Source: Gammaproteobacteria bacterium (lineage in GTDB: Bacteria; Pseudomonadota; Gammaproteobacteria; JBCCGL01). Taken from it: 64,000 nt of DNA. The position numbers and the translations under genes were made by a program. Shown piece after piece: positions 60,293 through 64,000 of the stretch; position 1 is the first letter of the stretch, and each line of letters starts with the position of its first letter. The notes beneath the pieces are model-generated. The model was not told the DNA's origin, searched no databases, and saw nothing but the letters and a program-made list of their open reading frames with translations. Location: positions 3,424,001 through 3,488,000 of the forward strand of contig OZ255836.1 of assembly GCA_965277715.1 (NCBI GenBank), in the 5' to 3' direction.

Positions 60293-62223
60293 ATGCTGAA
60301 TTCCGCAAACTGACGTAAAAAGTAAATTAAGTATATGCTCTGCGGAATTGTATGCAGGGCGGTAAAGTGCTTACGGTGGCCTGCTCTGTCACTGCTTATA
60401 TCATAAGACACCATCGGTATCAGCTTGTCGATATCCACGATCTCCCTGACTGGATCACGTTTCTGAATCGACGCGAGAAACTGCTGAGCCCATGGTCGCT
60501 GAGCGTTGTAGCGAAGGTGAAAATCCGGTGAAAACGGTTTTTTATCGTTGCGCCAGCGAATTTTTTCCGGTAATAAATCCCCTAGTGCGCCGCGTATAGG
60601 GTAGCGATCATAGCCTTTGTGCACCCTTAGACGATTGGGGATGGCCAGGCAAAATTCCAGAATACGTTTGTCCAGTAGCGGCGAGCATATCTCTATATTC
60701 TGGTAGCCGGGAAAACCCATGATTCTTGATTGGGTCGCGGTATGCAAAAGGTGGCGGTGGATATTGCGGGCGGAATAAGGTGATATTCGGCTGAGACGGC
60801 GGTTAATGCGATGGGCATCCGGTTTCAAACCGGCCAGTTGGTGTTTTACAAAAGTGGCTTGTAAATAGTGATTTTCCTCCACCATAGACAGTGTTGGGGA
60901 AACCCCTTGGCCGGGCAGGTTCAGAAAACTGGCCGGTAACAGCGGCTTGAGAATCAGGGTTTTGATCATACTGATACCACTGTCTCCGGTTAGTCTGTGG
61001 CGCGATTTTAATTCCTGTGTCAAGCGCTGCCAGCGCCCCTGTAACAATAGTTGGGAATAGAAACCAGTAGCGTGCGCGGTAGGTCCCAACTCCCCCCCTA
61101 TACCGTCCAGGATCAATCTAACCCCCATGCTTTGAGCCAGTTTTGCGCAGGCGCTATAGATAAAATGACGCGAACTGGCCGCCGGGCTTTCGTAACCCCA
61201 TATCAGTGCATCAAGGTGGTCAAAAGGCCCGCCGTCGATAGCGTTTAAATAAACCGTTCTAAGATTGGGAAGGTGATTAAACTGATCGATATAGTCTTTT
61301 TCATCCAGCAACGGATCTGCACCCGGTTGTGATATGGACGAGAAGGCCGTCAGTGACTGCCCCTGCTGTTGCAGGCAGGCCGCCGCGACGCCGGTCACCG
61401 CTGAAGAGTCAAGCCCGCCGCTAAACAGCGTGCCCACTGGATAGGCGCTGCGGCAGCGTGCGCCAATGACCTCAAAAATAAGGTCTCTCAGAGCGTGCAG
61501 AATATCGTCGTCCCGCTGATAGGGAAGTTTGTCGCAAGCAGCGGGTTGAGGTTGCCAATACCGCCATTTTCGCACTCCAGAGGTATTAACTACCATGGAT
61601 GTCGCTGCAGGTAGCCCGTAAATACCTTGAAAGTAGGTCATGTCCTCGTTTAATAGCGAAGACCTACCAGTCAATAGGCCCGCCAGCATTTGAGGGTTGA
61701 GGGTTTTTTTAACGCTAGAGGTGGCAGTCAGGCCTTTCACTTCGCTGGCAAAGAGGAATTGTTGGCCGACATGTGTATAAAACAGCGGTCGGCGACCCAG
61801 GTGATCGCGGCTTAAAAAAAGCTGCCGTTTCCCGGTGTCCCAGACGGCCAGTGCAAAATCACCGATCAGATATTCAGCGCAATTGACCCCCCACTTCACA
61901 TATGCACGCAAGATAAGTTCGCTGTCACTGCATCGCGGTTGCTCGGTAGGGGGAATCGATAATTGTGCAAACAACGTTTCGCGATTGGCTAACCGGGCGT
62001 CGGTGTTGATGGCGAGGCCCAGTTGTGGTTGATAATCTGGCAGGTTTTCGGTCGGTGACTCAGGGCTGATCCAGCGCATCTGATGACCCAGCGTGACCGC
62101 TTTCGCGCTCCAACGGCTGGCCCCATCCTGGCCATGGTGTGCAAGTGATCGCATCATCTGGTCAATTAAGCCAGGGCTGTGGGTGTCCCCTCTGAAATCA
62201 ACAACCCCGCATATCGCGCTCAC
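60289..62223 (-). CDS. asparagine-synthetase-like lasso cyclase (C protein)
   Basis: begins MSAICG (no Cys1 nucleophile), RDHLGRRPL.Y, SGGLDSS, P.LD.R..EF; directly downstream of the precursor. Confidence 0.85.
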   Translation of the reverse strand: MSAICGVVDFRGDTHSPGLIDQMMRSLAHHGQDGASRWSAKAVTLGHQMRWISPESPTENLPDYQPQLGLAINTDARLANRETLFAQLSIPPTEQPRCSDSELILRAYVKWGVNCAEYLIGDFALAVWDTGKRQLFLSRDHLGRRPLFYTHVGQQFLFASEVKGLTATSSVKKTLNPQMLAGLLTGRSSLLNEDMTYFQGIYGLPAATSMVVNTSGVRKWRYWQPQPAACDKLPYQRDDDILHALRDLIFEVIGARCRSAYPVGTLFSGGLDSSAVTGVAAACLQQQGQSLTAFSSISQPGADPLLDEKDYIDQFNHLPNLRTVYLNAIDGGPFDHLDALIWGYESPAASSRHFIYSACAKLAQSMGVRLILDGIGGELGPTAHATGFYSQLLLQGRWQRLTQELKSRHRLTGDSGISMIKTLILKPLLPASFLNLPGQGVSPTLSMVEENHYLQATFVKHQLAGLKPDAHRINRRLSRISPYSARNIHRHLLHTATQSRIMGFPGYQNIEICSPLLDKRILEFCLAIPNRLRVHKGYDRYPIRGALGDLLPEKIRWRNDKKPFSPDFHLRYNAQRPWAQQFLASIQKRDPVREIVDIDKLIPMVSYDISSDRAGHRKHFTALHTIPQSIYLIYFLRQFAEFSM

Positions 62224-62255
62224 TTCGCTATTTGGCCGATAGCACTCAGACCTTG

Positions 62256-62459
62256 CTAGCTAGACGTGTCCGTGTCAAAACCACCACCATCGAGGCCCGG
62301 CCCAGGCGGCATATTTTGGACTAATGCTGTAATATCGCCAAAACAGCTAAATTCGGGTTTGGTATATTTTTTCAGGCAGGCGTCTGTTCTCTCTTGCGTA
62401 TCGTGGTTATCTAATACAGAGGGAGGGTGTAACATAGCAGGATCTCCAGTTTCGGGCAT
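62256..62459 (-). CDS. lasso peptide precursor (A)
   Basis: leader KKYTKPEFSCFGDITALVQ (YxxP-x-phi-xxx-G motif); core NMPPGPGLDGGGFDTDTSS with Asp9. Confidence 0.8.
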   Translation of the reverse strand: MPETGDPAMLHPPSVLDNHDTQERTDACLKKYTKPEFSCFGDITALVQNMPPGPGLDGGGFDTDTSS

Positions 62460-62497
62460 ATTAATTAACCTGGTGGAAAATACACCTAGGTTAGCGT

Positions 62498-62692
62498 TTA
62501 GGGGTTTATAACCGCTTCAAACGGTTTGAAATGCAGTGATGTATATCTTCGTTCATTGATTGGAATGCCATTATATTTACACTATGTGTTAGCAGATTCT
62601 GTGCCATCTGGCGTGTACCAAACCATAATGACAATGAAGTGGGAAAGTCATTTGCCCGGAGCCAGCCACGCCGAGATATTCTCTTCAAGGTT
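62498..62692 (-). pseudogene. lasso leader peptidase B2 (transglutaminase-like), decayed C-terminal part
   Basis: WLRANDFPTSL..WFGTRQ...LLTHS/V-KYNGIPINE....HFKPF across frameshifts, resembling L.FG.R...AHAWVEY.G.PINE. Confidence 0.55.
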
Positions 62693-62855
62693 CGCCAATG
62701 CCCTCCAGGTATCGGTGCCGACCTGATTTAGCCTGTAATATTGTTCGTTATTTAACATTCAACAGTACCGATTTCCCGTCCGGCGTTTGAAATAAAACAC
62801 GCGTCGATAAAGCAATGTTTGAGGGTGGTAAATTAGGCTTAAGAGCTTGCTCTAT
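62693..62855 (-). pseudogene. PqqD/RRE (lasso B1), frameshifted and truncated
   Basis: IALSTRVLFQTPDGKSVLLNV / NNEQYYRLNQVGTDTWRAL; frameshift at GTTAAATAAC; start possibly ATG->ATA. Confidence 0.75.
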
Positions 62856-62894
62856 CTTCTCTTCACGCTACGAAAACGCTACACTACTGCCAAC

Positions 62895-63386
62895 ATGTTT
62901 AATTCCATGAAAAATTTATCGGCACGTCTGATCAAACCGACGGATCAACCCTTTTTATTTGAACTATTTACTGATGTGCGGGGGAAAGGCCTGGAAAACA
63001 CCTTGCTTTCCGACCACCAAAAACAAGCGTTTTTGCAATCCCAGTTTGATGCCATGCATACCAGCTACGCGGAGAATTTTCCTTCTGCTCAGCATCATAT
63101 TGTCAGCCGCAGCGGTAAAGACGTGGGCCGGATTTACACCAACGTTTCACATGATGAAATTCGCATCCTCGATATGATTATCCATGCCCAGGTGCGGGGG
63201 AGTGGTATTGGTAGTGAACTAATGCGCACAATGATTTACCACAGCAACGACAGCGACAAGGTTCTTCGCTTTTATGTCTGGGCAACCAACACCGAGGCGC
63301 AACGCTTCTATCACCATCATGGATGTGAAATGGTCAGGGATGATGGCGGTTATTTTTTATTCGAGAGAATTCCCGGCAAAAAATAA
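62895..63386 (+). CDS. GNAT N-acetyltransferase (tail-collar-cluster type)
   Basis: D.PFLFELF...R, FLQSQF.A....Y...FP, VGRIY, RGSGIGS, N..A.RFY. Confidence 0.85.
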   Translation: MFNSMKNLSARLIKPTDQPFLFELFTDVRGKGLENTLLSDHQKQAFLQSQFDAMHTSYAENFPSAQHHIVSRSGKDVGRIYTNVSHDEIRILDMIIHAQVRGSGIGSELMRTMIYHSNDSDKVLRFYVWATNTEAQRFYHHHGCEMVRDDGGYFLFERIPGKK

Positions 63387-63559
63387 CCGTCCCCGGTTAA
63401 AATTTTTTGGTAACAAGCAACGGTAAGCAAAGGTGCTTATAACCCATTATATTTTTATACAGTAAAAGATTACGCCCATTGAGGGTTAGTGAATTGCTCC
63501 GCTCCCTTCCCATGCCACTCGCTCTTATATGGCTTATGCGCCAGGTCAAACCAGCTAGG

Positions 63560-64000
63560 TCAAACCAGCCGGGTCAGCCAATCCACCACCGCCCGGATTT
63601 CGGGTTCGTTGATGCGCTTGTTATCTACTTCGATATAGTAGGAAAAATCCGCCTTTTTCCGGGCTTTGAGGGGCGCGATTAACTGGCCACTGGATAATAG
63701 ATCACCTATTAGAGCACTGCGCCCTAATGCCACGCCTAACCCATTAATGGCTGCGTGCATGACGCTGATTGAGTCGCGAAACTCAAATCCGGGAATGACT
63801 TCCAGGTCGATATCCCCCAACCATTGTTTCCAACCCAACCAGGGCTGGCTGCGGCGCCCATCGATATCGTGGATCAAAGTGAATTGTTTGATATCGGCGA
63901 TGGAATTGAGGCTGTCCTGATTGAGTAGTTTGGGGCTGCATACCGGAAACACCTCCTCGTCCATCAGAAACCGGCAGTAATATTTACTGCTCTTGCCGTC
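63560..64000 (-). CDS. LysR-family regulator, C-terminal part (5' end outside window)
   Basis: E.VFPVCSP.LL, W.QW, AA..GLGVALGR, L.SGQL. Confidence 0.85.
   Translation of the reverse strand, partial: DGKSSKYYCRFLMDEEVFPVCSPKLLNQDSLNSIADIKQFTLIHDIDGRRSQPWLGWKQWLGDIDLEVIPGFEFRDSISVMHAAINGLGVALGRSALIGDLLSSGQLIAPLKARKKADFSYYIEVDNKRINEPEIRAVVDWLTRLV

Noticed and set aside
60289-62223. Housekeeping asparagine synthetase AsnB
   Set aside because: It lacks the N-terminal Cys nucleophile and lies beside a lasso precursor and B1/B2 relics.

Overview
Gammaproteobacterial chromosome window. Conserved core blocks are rplJ-rplL-rpoBC, rnfABCDGE, hrpA, lptM-lysA-dapF-yigA and rpoZ-spoT-ridA-recG. Accessory islands interrupt them: a GntR-controlled Liv-type ABC transporter/racemase/puuE allantoin cluster, an IS3-like element, a RAYT with flanking REPs, an MttB/GcvT methylamine locus and several dispersed MITE/REP-like repeats. 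Three loci stand out. (1) At 55.1-63.4 kb, a lasso-peptide-type RiPP locus is interleaved with a 3x tail-collar/DUF6916/GNAT module. Its precursor, cyclase, JmjC oxygenase and sulfotransferase are intact. Its RRE (B1), leader peptidase (B2) and HPr-like kinase survive only as relics not recoverable as intact ORFs, and an intact paralog of that kinase sits 20 kb away where xerC normally lies. (2) At 27.5-29.7 kb, a Roadblock / BLUF-wHTH / MglA-type GTPase / Roadblock operon carries a non-canonical BLUF (Gln->His). (3) At 26.9-27.3 kb, a truncated IS110 retains an IS621-like bridge RNA whose target guide matches the REP it is inserted in. All calls come from reading motifs by eye; no database searches were run.
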